A stretch of 64,000 nt of DNA from an uncultured delta proteobacterium (GCA_963711565.1 CAVQEQ010000004.1:640001-704000), one strand, 5' to 3'; shown: positions 31,001-41,576, counted from the first letter of the stretch. The notes: generated by a model from the sequence alone, not told the origin. Program-made: numbers and translations.

Positions 31001-32383
31001 ATGGGACTGACTGACAGGCTGTCGAATGCCACCAAGGGCGGACGCCCCCCTGATAGCGCCAGCGCCGGCGGCTCGCTTATCGGCGCGACCGTGCGCCGGC
31101 GCAAGGACGCGATCGCCGATAGCTCGCGGCGCCTGAAGGTCAAGGTTCACAACAAGCTGTTCGAGACTATCGATGTCTCCAAGCTCGAGACCTTCGAGCC
31201 CGCGATGGTTTCCAGCAAGGTTACCGCGGCGATCAACGACATTCTTAATGAAGACGGCCGCCTGCTGACCGACGCCGACCGCGGCCGGCTGGTCGAGGAA
31301 CTCAAGAACGAGCTGCTCGGCCTGGGCCCGCTCGAACCGCTGCTCCGTGACGACGAAATCACCGACATCCTCGTCAACGGCCACAACCAGGTTTACGTCG
31401 AAAAGCGCGGCAAGCTGCACGCAACCGACGTGGTCTTCCAGGACGACGCGCATTTGATGCTGATCATCGATCGCATCGTTTCCCGCGTCGGCCGGCGGGT
31501 TGACGAATCGTCGCCGATGGTCGATGCGCGATTGCCCGACGGCTCGCGTATCAACGCGATCATTCCGCCGCTCGCGCTCGACGGACCGGCGCTGTCAATA
31601 CGGCGTTTCGGCAAGCATCGCTTCGACATTGGGGCGCTGGTCGAGAGAGACGCTCTCACGTGGGATTTGGTCGAGTTTCTGCTCGCCGTGGTTCGCGCGC
31701 GACTGAACGTGATCGTCTGCGGCGGTACCGGCTCGGGCAAAACCACGATGCTCAATTGCCTGTCCGCGTTCGTGCCCGAAGACGAACGTATCGTTACCAT
31801 CGAGGATTCGGCCGAGCTGTCCTTGCAACAGCCTCACGTGGTGCGGCTCGAGACGCGGCCGTCCAATCTCGAGGGCCGCGGCGAAGTTACCCAGCGCGAC
31901 CTGGTCAAGAACTGCCTTCGTATGCGTCCCGACCGAATCGTCGTCGGCGAGGTCCGTGGCGCCGAAGTCTTCGACATGTTGCAGGCGATGTCCACCGGCC
32001 ATGACGGTTCGATCGCCACCATCCACGCCAACAGCCCGCGCGAATGCCTGGGCCGGCTCGAGATGATGATGCTGCTGTCTGGAGTCTCGATTCCGCAGCG
32101 CGCGATGCGCCAGCAGATTGCGTCCGCCCTCAACATAGTCGTTCACGTCAGCCGCCTGTCCGACGGTTCGCGCAAGGTCATGAAGATCTCCGAGATCAGC
32201 GGCATGGAAGGCGACATGATCATGATGCAGGACCTGTTCGAATTTATCCGCGCCGAAACTACAGCGGCGGGAAAAATCAACGGCAACTTCCACTCGACCG
32301 GCATCCGCTCGGCCTACACGCAGCGCCTCGAAACGGCCGGATACAAGACCGAATCGAAAGTGATTAAGGCGGCGGCGCGATGA
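31001..32383 (+). CDS. cpaF: Tad pilus assembly ATPase CpaF/TadA
   Basis: [46 protein letters not shown]. Confidence 0.95.
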   Translation: MGLTDRLSNATKGGRPPDSASAGGSLIGATVRRRKDAIADSSRRLKVKVHNKLFETIDVSKLETFEPAMVSSKVTAAINDILNEDGRLLTDADRGRLVEELKNELLGLGPLEPLLRDDEITDILVNGHNQVYVEKRGKLHATDVVFQDDAHLMLIIDRIVSRVGRRVDESSPMVDARLPDGSRINAIIPPLALDGPALSIRRFGKHRFDIGALVERDALTWDLVEFLLAVVRARLNVIVCGGTGSGKTTMLNCLSAFVPEDERIVTIEDSAELSLQQPHVVRLETRPSNLEGRGEVTQRDLVKNCLRMRPDRIVVGEVRGAEVFDMLQAMSTGHDGSIATIHANSPRECLGRLEMMMLLSGVSIPQRAMRQQIASALNIVVHVSRLSDGSRKVMKISEISGMEGDMIMMQDLFEFIRAETTAAGKINGNFHSTGIRSAYTQRLETAGYKTESKVIKAAAR

Positions 32384-33342
32384 ATCTCGATAACCTGCTG
32401 ATTCCGGCCGCCGTCGCGGGCATCGTGCTGGTGGTCTGCGCGCTGCTATTTATGCGACGCAGCAATCGACCCGGCGTCACGCGTGCGGTCATGATACGGA
32501 TGTCGCGCCCCGACGTGGCGTTGGAGGGCGGTATCACCAAGACTGGTTCTCGCCGTTTGACCGGGCAGGAGTTCCTGACCCGATTCTACCGGCTCAATTT
32601 GCTTCAAAAGCTTGAGGAGAACCTCTGGCAGGCGGGAATCTACGCCCGCATCGCCAACGTCTTGCTCGTGATCTTGCTGATGTTCACGGCGGGCCTGTTC
32701 GCGGGCGAGGCCATCTCGGGCCGGGTGCTCATCTCGGTCGGCATCGGCGCGGCTATGGCAAGTTTGCCGATTGTCTATATCCGCATGCGCAGGCAGCGGC
32801 GTCTCAAGGCATTCGCCAAGCAACTGCCGTACGCGCTCGATTTGATCAAGTCGTCACTGGAAGCCGGTCACACTCTGCTGCGCGGATTGCAAGTCGTGGT
32901 GTCGGAGTTCCCCGACCCGATGGGCACCGAATTCCGCTCCGCTATCGAACAGAGCCGTCTTGGGCTGCCCCTCCCGCGCGCGCTGGAAGAGATGCTCAAG
33001 CGCGTGCCGCAGGACGATCTTCGGTTGTTGGTCGTCGCGGTGCGCGTACAAGCGGAAGTCGGCAGCTCGCTGGCTATCATACTGGGGCGGCTCTCGGAGA
33101 TTGTGCGCACGCGCCAGCGCCTGCAGCAGCAAATCAAGGCGCTCACGGCGCAATCCAAGATGAGCGGAATACTCGTCGGGTTCCTGCCGATCGTGATGCT
33201 GGCGGCTTTCAGTGTCATTCAGCCAAGCTACACCGACACGCTGTTCTTCGACCCGGCCGGTCAAAAGATTCTCGAAGTTGCCTGCGTACTCGACGCCCTC
33301 GCGTTTCTCTCAATTCGCAAGCTGCTGAAAGTGAAGTACTGA
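32380..33342 (+). CDS. tadB: TadB (T2SS F-family platform protein)
   Basis: [20 protein letters not shown]...GSSLA...IKALTAQ. Confidence 0.9.
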   Translation: MNLDNLLIPAAVAGIVLVVCALLFMRRSNRPGVTRAVMIRMSRPDVALEGGITKTGSRRLTGQEFLTRFYRLNLLQKLEENLWQAGIYARIANVLLVILLMFTAGLFAGEAISGRVLISVGIGAAMASLPIVYIRMRRQRRLKAFAKQLPYALDLIKSSLEAGHTLLRGLQVVVSEFPDPMGTEFRSAIEQSRLGLPLPRALEEMLKRVPQDDLRLLVVAVRVQAEVGSSLAIILGRLSEIVRTRQRLQQQIKALTAQSKMSGILVGFLPIVMLAAFSVIQPSYTDTLFFDPAGQKILEVACVLDALAFLSIRKLLKVKY

Positions 33343-33352
33343 AGTACCCTCG

Positions 33353-34294
33353 ATGCCGGCAATCTATGCAAGCCTGACCGTGTTTCTCTTGTTTGGCGCA
33401 GTCTCGGTCGCGATCTACGCCGCCATCTACGGGATCAACCGGCCATTTGACGATCGTATAGCCGAGATGGGCGTCAAGATGCGCGTCGCCTACGGCAATC
33501 CCGAAAATTTAGACAGGGACTCCGATTCGTTCGCGAACGCGTTGTTTCGATGGATCACCAAGCATCTTCCCGAACCCGCGATCAATACTCCGGAGCGAGA
33601 GAAACTCTCGCAGACTCTGGTCCGCGCCGGATTTCCGGGGCCCGGCGCCATCCGCACTTTTCATTTCGCCCGCCTCACATCGACGGCGGGAACTGCGATC
33701 GTAGCGATGGTGGTCGCGATGGTTTTCGGTCTCCACGGCATCAAGCCGCTCGTGGTGATGCTGATCGGCGCGGGCGTTGGCGCATTCGCCCCGAGCTACT
33801 ACATCGGCCGTAGATCGAGGAACCGTCGCGATCGAATCGGCGGTCAGCTCTCCAACGTCTTGGATTTGCTGGTAGTTTGCGTCGAAGCCGGCCTGGGCCT
33901 CAGCGAAGCGATCAAGATCGTCGGCTCCGAGTCGCAGCGGCAAAAGCAGGAAATAGGGGCCGAGCTGTCGATGGTGTCGGCCGAGCTCGCAGCAGGCAGC
34001 ACGCTTGGTCAGTCGCTCAAGAATTTCGCCGATCGCACCGCCGTCGAAGACATTCGGCCGCTCGCCGCCACGCTGGTGCAAAGCGAAAAGCTCGGCGCGC
34101 AAATCGGCCCCGCACTGCGCTCGATCTCGGACACGATGCGCACCACCCGCCGCCTCCGCGCCGAGGAAGCCGCCGCCAAAACCACCGTCAAGATTCTCTT
34201 CCCGCTCGTGCTGTTCATCCTGCCCGCGATGATGAGCGTGATCGTCGGCCCTGCGATGATTCAGATCATGCGGGCGCTCACCCACGTGCAGTGA
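33353..34294 (+). CDS. tadC: TadC (T2SS F-family platform protein)
   Basis: LDLLVVCVEAGLGL...RAEEAAAKTTVKILFPLVLFILP. Confidence 0.92.
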   Translation: MPAIYASLTVFLLFGAVSVAIYAAIYGINRPFDDRIAEMGVKMRVAYGNPENLDRDSDSFANALFRWITKHLPEPAINTPEREKLSQTLVRAGFPGPGAIRTFHFARLTSTAGTAIVAMVVAMVFGLHGIKPLVVMLIGAGVGAFAPSYYIGRRSRNRRDRIGGQLSNVLDLLVVCVEAGLGLSEAIKIVGSESQRQKQEIGAELSMVSAELAAGSTLGQSLKNFADRTAVEDIRPLAATLVQSEKLGAQIGPALRSISDTMRTTRRLRAEEAAAKTTVKILFPLVLFILPAMMSVIVGPAMIQIMRALTHVQ

Positions 34295-34366
34295 TCGCAT
34301 CCGCATCGCGATCGCGCGGGTAGCGATGCTCTTGACGCGGCCGGATCGGCACAATACCGATCGATC

Positions 34367-34852
34367 ATGGCTGATTCGGAAGCGCGCACGCGCGCCCTCG
34401 AGTTGTGGAACGAGGCGATGCGCTTTCACATGAACCACGAACTCGAGCGCGCGGTCGAGCTCTACACCAAATCGATCGAAGTTTTTCCAACCGCCGAGGC
34501 CTACACGTTTCGCGGCTGGGCGTTCGAGGGGATGGGCCGAATCGACGAGGCGATCGCGGAATGCCACCGCGCCATCGAAGTCGATCCCGCTTTTGGCAAC
34601 CCGTACAACGATATAGGCGCCTACCTGATCGCGAAGGATGAGCTCGACGAGGCGATCCCGTGGCTCGAGAAGGCCAAGACCGCGCCGCGCTACGACCCGC
34701 GGCACTACCCGTTCATGAACCTCGGCCGCATCTATGCTGCCAAGGGAATGGTGAAACGCGCGATCGACGAATTCGAAGGTGCGCTGGCATTCGCACCCGG
34801 CGAGCCGACTTGCGAATCCGCGCTGGCACAGCTCCGCGCCATGCTGAATTAG
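34367..34852 (+). CDS. Tetratricopeptide repeat protein
   Basis: Repeated TPR helices (AEAYTFRGWA, GNPYNDIGAYL, PFMNLGRIY). Confidence 0.85.
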   Translation: MADSEARTRALELWNEAMRFHMNHELERAVELYTKSIEVFPTAEAYTFRGWAFEGMGRIDEAIAECHRAIEVDPAFGNPYNDIGAYLIAKDELDEAIPWLEKAKTAPRYDPRHYPFMNLGRIYAAKGMVKRAIDEFEGALAFAPGEPTCESALAQLRAMLN

Positions 34853-34871
34853 ACGATCGAGTTGAATTGAA

Positions 34872-35318
34872 GTGATCAAAGTCGGAGAGTCAGCGCCGGA
34901 TTTCACGCTCGCCGCGCACGACGGCGGAAGTCTTTCGCTCAAGAGTCTGCGCGGCGCCAAAGTGCTGTTGTGGTTCTTCGTCGAGGCCAACACGCCGGGG
35001 TGCGCGCTCGAAGGACGCGGCTTTCGCGACCATCAATCGTACTTCGACGAAAATAACATCCGCGTGGTCGGCGTGAGTTTCGACTCGATCGAAGACAACG
35101 CGGCTTTCGCTCGCCGGCACGAATTCGGATTCCCGCTCCTCAGCGACGCCGATCACGTCGTCGCGATTGCCTACGGTGCTTGTGCGGGACCGGAAGCGAG
35201 ATATCCCGACCGCGTGAGTTTCCTGATAAATGAGCGTGGTGCGATCGAACGGGTTTACGATCAGGTCGATCCGCGCGACCATCCGGCTCGCGTGTTGGCC
35301 GACATCCTGGGGGTGTGA
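34872..35318 (+). CDS. bcp: Peroxiredoxin BCP/PrxQ
   Basis: APDFTL, NTPGC, GVSFD, FPLLSD. Confidence 0.85.
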   Translation: MIKVGESAPDFTLAAHDGGSLSLKSLRGAKVLLWFFVEANTPGCALEGRGFRDHQSYFDENNIRVVGVSFDSIEDNAAFARRHEFGFPLLSDADHVVAIAYGACAGPEARYPDRVSFLINERGAIERVYDQVDPRDHPARVLADILGV

Positions 35319-35321
35319 TCG

Positions 35322-36128
35322 ATGCCGCATCCTCAGATGAAAGTCCGCGCCGTCATCTTCGATCTCGACGAAACCTTGATTGAAGAAGAAGCCTCGAACG
35401 ACGCCTCCGCGCTGGCCGCCGGCGAGATCGCCCGGGTTCGCTACGGCGTCAACAGCGCCGCGCTGCTCACCGCTTTGCGCAAGCGTTCACGCGAATTGTT
35501 TCTCGCCGGCCCGATGATCGATTACTGCCGCGACATCGGCATCAGCACGCGCGAAGCCCTGTGGGGCACGTTCAGTGGCGACGATTCCTCGCTCGCGCAA
35601 CTCCGCGAGTGGATGCCTACCTACAGACTTCAATCGTGGATGGGCGCGCTCAGCGAGCTCGGCATTGACGACCGGGTACTCGCCGCCGAACTCGTGGAAT
35701 TCTTTGCGGCAGATCGAAGCCGGCGCCACGTCGTGTTCGCCGAGTCGGAGCAAGTCCTGCACGACTTGAAGAAGAATTTTGGGCTCGCGCTGCTCACTAA
35801 CGGCGCGCCGGATATTCAAGGCACGAAGATCGACGGTTCGAACCTCGCCGGCTTCTTCGGAACGATAATCATCTCGGGCGATCATGGATTCGGAAAACCC
35901 GATTCCAGGATTTTTCAATTGGCGTTGAAACGATTGAAGGTCGCGGCGCACGAAGCAGTGATGATAGGCGACAGTCTAAACCGCGATATCGCCGGCGCCC
36001 GAGCCGCCGGCCTCCGCACCATCTGGATCAATCGATACAACAGAACGTTAAGCAGCAGCCATCCAATTCCCGACCTCGAACTAACCAATCTGCGCGACCT
36101 CCCGACCATACTGACGGCCGCTGACTGA
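35322..36128 (+). CDS. HAD-family hydrolase
   Basis: FDLDETL, LTNG, GKPD, MIGDSLNRDIAGA. Confidence 0.9.
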   Translation: MPHPQMKVRAVIFDLDETLIEEEASNDASALAAGEIARVRYGVNSAALLTALRKRSRELFLAGPMIDYCRDIGISTREALWGTFSGDDSSLAQLREWMPTYRLQSWMGALSELGIDDRVLAAELVEFFAADRSRRHVVFAESEQVLHDLKKNFGLALLTNGAPDIQGTKIDGSNLAGFFGTIIISGDHGFGKPDSRIFQLALKRLKVAAHEAVMIGDSLNRDIAGARAAGLRTIWINRYNRTLSSSHPIPDLELTNLRDLPTILTAAD

Positions 36129-36271
36129 TCGGCGTCCGAGTGGCGGCAAATCGATGTCGCATTCTGACTTCTGACGCCATCGAAATGCCGCATCGAGCGT
36201 CATCTGCGGCTCGCGGCGCAGTTGTGCCTACCAGGGACAATCGTTCAACGAGTGTGTCGGTTCCGCGACGA

Positions 36272-36287
36272 TGGCCCACCATTTGCT
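36272..36287 (+). promoter_or_regulatory. Sigma-54 (-24/-12) promoter upstream of the enhancer-binding protein gene
   Basis: TGGCCCACCATTTGCT = TGGC-N7-TTGCT. Confidence 0.65.
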
Positions 36288-36332
36288 CTAAACACGGTTG
36301 TTAACCTGCCCTAGCAGGCCGAAGAAGGAGGA

Positions 36333-37499
36333 TTGGTGCAGGACGAGGATACTCAACCGCCCTCAGGAACTCAGCACTCATCTGCGACTGTCGCCAACGG
36401 CAACGGCGCCAGCGAGATGGTGTCGCTCGGCCAGCTGGTGCATAGCGCGGACCGGCTGGGCGGCATGGTCGTACGCTCGGCGCAGGTGCGCAAGGTCTTG
36501 AAGTCGGTGTCGCAACTGAGTCCCTACAAGGCGACTGTGCTGATTTCGGGCGAGTCCGGAACAGGCAAGGAATTGATCGCGCGCGCACTTCATACGTTGG
36601 GGCCGGTTCCGAATGGTCCGTTCGTTACGCTGAATTGCTCCAACCTCGTCGAATCGCTGGCCGAGTCGCAGTTGTTCGGTCACATACGCGGCGCCTTCAC
36701 CGACGCGCGCGACGAATCGCAGGGCTACTTCCGATCGGCCAATGGCGGCACGTTGTTCCTCGACGAGATCGGCGAGTTGCCGCTCAAGCTCCAGCCCAAG
36801 TTGCTGCGCTCGGTCGAGACGCATGAGGTTCAGCCGGTCGGTTCGTCGCATTGCTACAAGGTTAATCTGCGACTGGTCGCGGCGACCAATCGCGATTTGC
36901 GTGCGATGGTCAAAGCGGGAACGTTTCGCGACGACCTCTACTTCCGGATGAGCGCGGCGGCGATTTTCATCCCGCCACTGCGCGAGCGGCGCGAGGCGAT
37001 CCCGGCTTTCATCGGGTATTTCATCGAGCAATACAATCACCTGTTCAATAAGAGCGTCTCGGAAATCTCCCGCGCCGCGATCGACGTTCTATGCGCGTAT
37101 CAATGGCCGGGGAATGTCCGCGAAATTTCCAACGCGATCGAAAGCGCGGTTATTTTGAGCGAGAATAATCGCATTGTCGTAACTGATCTTCCCGAACAGG
37201 TCGTGGATGGAACCGGCGCGGAGTTGTTGAACCCGCACAGGGAACAGCCCACCAACGGTCATGGGCCGGCGCCGATTGCGAACCACGCGCCGCAAATAGA
37301 CTTCGCCTCGGAGCCGTTGGGCTTTCTGCTCGATGACGTTATCAAGAAGACGTTGGTGCGCTCGCTCGAAGAGACCGAGGGAAATCGGCGCCGCGCAGCC
37401 AACTTGCTGGGTGTTTCACGCTCGACGCTCTATCGGATGCTCACCCGTTACGGCATCGCCGAGAATCCGCATCGCCTGTCTATTCAGCCGACGCTATGA
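36333..37499 (+). CDS. Sigma-54-dependent Fis-family activator with no obvious N-terminal sensor domain
   Basis: GESGTGKE, GAFTDA loop, LFLDEIGE, WPGNVRE, C-terminal Fis HTH; only about 40 aa before the AAA+ domain. Confidence 0.92.
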   Translation: MVQDEDTQPPSGTQHSSATVANGNGASEMVSLGQLVHSADRLGGMVVRSAQVRKVLKSVSQLSPYKATVLISGESGTGKELIARALHTLGPVPNGPFVTLNCSNLVESLAESQLFGHIRGAFTDARDESQGYFRSANGGTLFLDEIGELPLKLQPKLLRSVETHEVQPVGSSHCYKVNLRLVAATNRDLRAMVKAGTFRDDLYFRMSAAAIFIPPLRERREAIPAFIGYFIEQYNHLFNKSVSEISRAAIDVLCAYQWPGNVREISNAIESAVILSENNRIVVTDLPEQVVDGTGAELLNPHREQPTNGHGPAPIANHAPQIDFASEPLGFLLDDVIKKTLVRSLEETEGNRRRAANLLGVSRSTLYRMLTRYGIAENPHRLSIQPTL

Positions 37500-37580
37500 A
37501 ACCGGATCGATTAAGCTCGGTCGCTTCGCGGAGTCTCGAAGCTGGAAAACTTCACGCGTTTCGATAAGAATTCCAGCTTG

Positions 37581-37877
37581 ATGACGAAGGGCGCGCGACT
37601 TTTCGCGGCGATTGCCGCGCTGGCTATTCTCGTCCACACCTGGCCGGCGATGTCTGCTTCGCCGTCACCTGAACTGGTCAACCTGGAGCGTGAGGTATCG
37701 CTCCAGTTGGCTCACGTACGCGACAACGGTCCCACCGATCCCGCCAAGCGCAAACAGCTTTTCGACGCGAGCCAGTTGGATCAGAAGGGTGAGGCGGCGA
37801 TCAAATCCGGCGACTACAAATCCGCCGAGGACAGTCTGCTCCAGGCGCGCGCGATTCTGCGGCAGCTCTCCGACTGA
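37581..37877 (+). CDS. Small secreted helical hypothetical protein
   Basis: Signal peptide (LFAAIAALAILVHTWPAMSA) followed by amphipathic helices. Confidence 0.6.
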   Translation: MTKGARLFAAIAALAILVHTWPAMSASPSPELVNLEREVSLQLAHVRDNGPTDPAKRKQLFDASQLDQKGEAAIKSGDYKSAEDSLLQARAILRQLSD

Positions 37878-37941
37878 CGCTCCGGCGCGGCGCATTCATC
37901 GCGCGCGCCCGTTCTGGTAAGTTCTAGTCGCGACTTCTGAG

Positions 37942-39103
37942 ATGAGTGGTTCCGATCAAATCTGGGCTGAGGCGCTGCGCACGCTCGAACATGGGCAGCC
38001 GTTCGCGCTGGCGACGGTGGTGAATGTCCGCGGCTCCACGCCGCGTGAAGTCGGCGCCAAGATGATCGTCCGCAGCGACGGGCAGTTCGGCACTATCGGC
38101 GGTGGCTGCGGCGAAGCCGAGGTTTATCGAAAAGCTCGTGTATTACTTGAAGAACCCAGCGACCGCGGAGCGCGGCTGGCCGAAGTCGATCTAACCGGCG
38201 ATTTTGACCAGCGCGAGATCGGCACCTGCGGCGGAATAATGGACGTGTTCGTTCAACCTGTGGTCGCCGGCTCGCGACCTGGGAATTGCGCGCAAGCTGG
38301 CCGACGCCGCCGGCCGCAGCGCTCCCGGCGCGCTGCTAACGGTGGTCGATTCCGGTGCGCGAGCGGAGGTGCCGGCGGGGTCGCGGACGTTTATCGATCC
38401 CCGCGATACGGGCGCGCGCGATGCGGGGCCGATCGATCTGCCGGCGGCGGGATTCGCGCAAATCGTCGAGCGGACGGCCGACGCGATTCCCAGCTTGTTC
38501 GAAGTTGATGCTGTCGGCGGACTACGACCTGTCACGCACCTCGAACCGAACGGTGGCGTACGCCTGTTCGTTGATCCGATCGTCGGTGCGCAACGCCTGA
38601 TAATAGTGGGCGCGGGACATATCGCCGTGCCGTTGTGTGCGCTTGGAACGATGCTGGGCTTTCACGTCACGGTGATCGACGACCGCGCATCCTTTGCAAG
38701 CCGCGAGCGGTTCCCCGAGGCCGATGAGATTATCGTCAGGCCGTTCAAAGACGCGATCGACTCGCTCGCGCTCGACGGCCACTGCTACCTGGTGAGTGTC
38801 ACGCGCGGTCATTCGTTCGACGAAGAGGTCGTGCGCGCGGCGCTGATGCAGCCGTGCGGATTTGTCGGGATGATTGGTTCGCGCCGCCGCGTGAAGGCCA
38901 CGCTCGAGAGAATCGGCGAGGGTGGGGTTCCCAAGGAGCGGCTCACCGACGTTCATGCGCCGCTCGGCGTCGCAATCGGCGGCGAGACGCCCGAGGAGAT
39001 CGCAATCTCGATCATCGCTGAAATCATCCGCGAGCGCCGCACCAAAGAGCGCGACGAGTTCACCCTCGGGGTGCGTTTCGGAAGCCTCAAACGCTCGAAG
39101 TAG
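37942..39103 (+). CDS. xdhC: XdhC/CoxI molybdoenzyme maturation factor, apparent frameshift near 38253
   Basis: GSTPREVGAKM, GTIGGGCGE and CGGIMDVF in the first frame; IVGAGHIA, VIDDR, GMIGSRRR and APLGVAIGGETPEEIAISI in the second. Confidence 0.85.
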
Positions 39104-39111
39104 CTCTCTCA

Positions 39112-39723
39112 ATGCCGAAGCGTCTCGAGGGGATCATACTGGCGGCAGGGGAGTCGAGAAGGATGGGCTATCCGAAACCGCTCCTCCAGATCGGCGGACA
39201 GACCTTCATCGAGCGCATCGCCGAATCGATGCTCGCGGTCGTGCCGCGGCTGGTGATTGTTCTCGGAGCGCATTGCGATCGCGTGCGCGCCGCGATACCA
39301 CGCGACGCCCGCATCGCGATCGTCGAGAATCCGAACTATGCGTGCGGCCAACTGTCGTCGCTAAAGGTCGGCCTCGGCGCTCTTCAGCCGGACTCGGCGG
39401 GCGCGCTGGTTCATCTGGGAGACCATCCGGTGGTGCGCCTCGAAACGTTCCGGGCGATAGTCGAGTTCTACTATCAAACCGGCAAGCCGATCGTTGTCGC
39501 GCGCCACGACGGTCACCGCGGCCACCCAGTAGTCTTCGACCGCGCGCTATTTTCCGAACTGCAATCTGCGCCGGAAGAAGAGGGCGCCCGCCACGTAGTA
39601 AACGCCGACCTGTCGCGAGTCGCCTACATCGACCTCGACGATCCAGGAATCAATTTGGATTTAGACACGCCCTCCGACCTGGAGCGCGCCGGCCTCCCCC
39701 CGCCCAGTTGGTCAAAGACATGA
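39112..39723 (+). CDS. mocA: Molybdenum cofactor cytidylyltransferase-like NTP transferase (MocA family)
   Basis: ILAAGESRRMGYPK, LGDHP, RGHPV, DLDTP; next to xdhC. Confidence 0.8.
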   Translation: MPKRLEGIILAAGESRRMGYPKPLLQIGGQTFIERIAESMLAVVPRLVIVLGAHCDRVRAAIPRDARIAIVENPNYACGQLSSLKVGLGALQPDSAGALVHLGDHPVVRLETFRAIVEFYYQTGKPIVVARHDGHRGHPVVFDRALFSELQSAPEEEGARHVVNADLSRVAYIDLDDPGINLDLDTPSDLERAGLPPPSWSKT

Positions 39724-39872
39724 CGAGTTTCCAGAGCCTTCCTTTGCGCTTCTCTCATCTGGTCCGGGGTATTCAACTCCCCTATTCTGTGGCGTGAGAT
39801 GCACCCTGATTTCCATTATCAAGCGGTTTGGATGGCGGGACGGTTGGCGAGGGCGGAAATCGGGCGAAACCG

Positions 39873-39898
39873 TGTAACCACTGGCGGCATTGTGCGTA
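39873..39898 (+). promoter_or_regulatory. ECF-type promoter, probably autoregulatory
   Basis: TGTAAC-N16-CGTA 13 bp before the ECF sigma start. Confidence 0.65.
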
Positions 39899-39911
39899 TT
39901 AATAAACAGTT

Positions 39912-40544
39912 ATGTTCAGTGGCTTGGCGCGCAGAAGGGCAGGGTCGAGATTGAGCGCCAAACCCGACGAGGAACTGATAGCCGAAATCCTCGGCGGGCA
40001 GGTTGACGCTTTCACCGAGCTTGCGGCGCGGCATCGGCCACGAGTGGAGCGGTTATGCAGGCGATTTTTTTCGGACGAAGAAATGGCGCGGGATATCGCG
40101 CAGGAGAGTTTCATCCGAGCTTACACCGCGCTGGCGACGTATCGGGCCGAGATGCCGTTTGGCGGATGGCTGCGCGCAATAGTAGTGAATCTGTGCTACG
40201 ACGAGTTGCGCCGGCGGCGGCGGCGTCCCGAAGAGCTGGTCGGGGATTTCAGCGCGCCGGAAGTGCAATGGATGCAGACCGCGAACGTCGCATCGCCGGA
40301 GGAGATCGTGGGTGACGCCGAAGAGCGGCGCGAAGCGTACGACTTGGCGCATCGGTTGCTCGACACGCTCAAGCCCGAGGACCGGATGGTGATGGTACTC
40401 AAAGAGAGTGAAGATTTAAGCGTCAGCGAAATCGCCGAGACGCTTGGATGGAGTGAGGCCAAGGTAAAAATTCGCGCGTTCCGGGCGCGACAGGCGCTGC
40501 GCAAACAGGCGGAGCGGATGCTCGCCGCCGGACGCAATAGGTAA
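39912..40544 (+). CDS. ECF sigma-70 factor
   Basis: ARDIAQESFIRAY and FGGWLRAIVVNLCYD (region 2); LSVSEIAETLGWSEAKVKIRAFRAR (region 4). Confidence 0.93.
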   Translation: MFSGLARRRAGSRLSAKPDEELIAEILGGQVDAFTELAARHRPRVERLCRRFFSDEEMARDIAQESFIRAYTALATYRAEMPFGGWLRAIVVNLCYDELRRRRRRPEELVGDFSAPEVQWMQTANVASPEEIVGDAEERREAYDLAHRLLDTLKPEDRMVMVLKESEDLSVSEIAETLGWSEAKVKIRAFRARQALRKQAERMLAAGRNR

Positions 40545-40549
40545 GAGTC

Positions 40550-41008
40550 ATGAATTGTTTTGAAGCACGACAGGAATTTTCCGCGCTGTGGCGCAAAACG
40601 CTCGCATCCGTGCGGCGTACCGAACTGCTGGCGCATCTGAAGGGATGCGAGAAGTGCGACCATGCGTTTCGCGTGTTTGCGCTGACGGCGCCGGTGCTGC
40701 ACGGCGAGATGGAACGACAGGCGTCGCGAGCATCAGCACCGGCGCGTCGCGAATTCTCGCTGGCGGACAGGCCACGGCGGTTCGCGTCGGTACCGCGCGA
40801 GGCACCGCGTGCCAACCGGTGGATCCCGATGGCGGCGGCTGCGGCGATTTTCGTATTCGCGACCAGCGCCGCGTATTTGTCGGCGCGAGTGCCGGATGAG
40901 TCCCTCGGCGAGGCGTTATCGGTACCCGAGTCGAGTATGACTTCCGAAACGACAGGCGATCCATTGGCGCCGGAGATGCCGCTGACAGAGAGCGATCTTG
41001 CCAGCTAG
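40550..41008 (+). CDS. Zinc-binding anti-sigma factor (zf-HC2) with TM helix
   Basis: MNCFEA...HLKGCEKC HxxxCxxC motif and a single TM. Confidence 0.85.
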   Translation: MNCFEARQEFSALWRKTLASVRRTELLAHLKGCEKCDHAFRVFALTAPVLHGEMERQASRASAPARREFSLADRPRRFASVPREAPRANRWIPMAAAAAIFVFATSAAYLSARVPDESLGEALSVPESSMTSETTGDPLAPEMPLTESDLAS

Positions 41009-41447
41009 GTCGAATTTCTGGTTCGGCCTGCTGATCGGAGTCTCCTGCCTCCTGATTGGTTTTGCTCTGAGCACGATGGCGTACCGGTATCGTTACTTGC
41101 GGGTGCCGGGCGGCGGGATAATCGATCGAATGAATCGCGACCTCAATCTTACACCGGCGCAACGCGATCGAGTCGGCGACATCCTGCGCGATACACGGTT
41201 CAAGGTGACGCAAGCGCGCCGGGATTTTGATCACCAGCGGCACAACCTTTTCTGGCAAGGCCTTGGGCAGATTCGCGGCGTGCTGACGCCCGATCAGCAG
41301 AAGATCTTCGATAGCGAATTCACGCAGCCGTGGGCGCATGGCGGGCACGGTGACCACGGCGACCACGACGACTACGATCAGTCGCCGCCCGAACAAGGCG
41401 CGCCCTCACCAGCGCTCCCTCCCCAGCCTCCGGCATCTCAGAATTAG
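40998..41447 (+). CDS. Membrane-anchored Spy/CpxP-like periplasmic sensor with His-rich tail
   Basis: LNLTPAQ and VLTPDQQ LTxxQ motifs; HGGHGDHGDHDD. Confidence 0.75.
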   Translation: MPARSNFWFGLLIGVSCLLIGFALSTMAYRYRYLRVPGGGIIDRMNRDLNLTPAQRDRVGDILRDTRFKVTQARRDFDHQRHNLFWQGLGQIRGVLTPDQQKIFDSEFTQPWAHGGHGDHGDHDDYDQSPPEQGAPSPALPPQPPASQN

Positions 41448-41559
41448 GCGAGAGCCGCAGGGCAGAGCGACTCTCATACCACCGAACGAACGCCCCTCGT
41501 AGCTCTTCGCACATCTCCGGAATGTACGGTCGAGGTCGCTTGACCGCGCCGAAATAAAA

Positions 41560-41576
41560 TGACACTCATAGTGTCA
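41560..41576. promoter_or_regulatory. Palindromic operator (TetR-type)
   Basis: Perfect inverted repeat TGACACT-cat-AGTGTCA just downstream of TTGACC and 30 bp before the GST start. Confidence 0.65.

Noticed and set aside
34872-35318. Selenocysteine peroxiredoxin
   Set aside because: The peroxidatic residue is encoded by TGC, not TGA.
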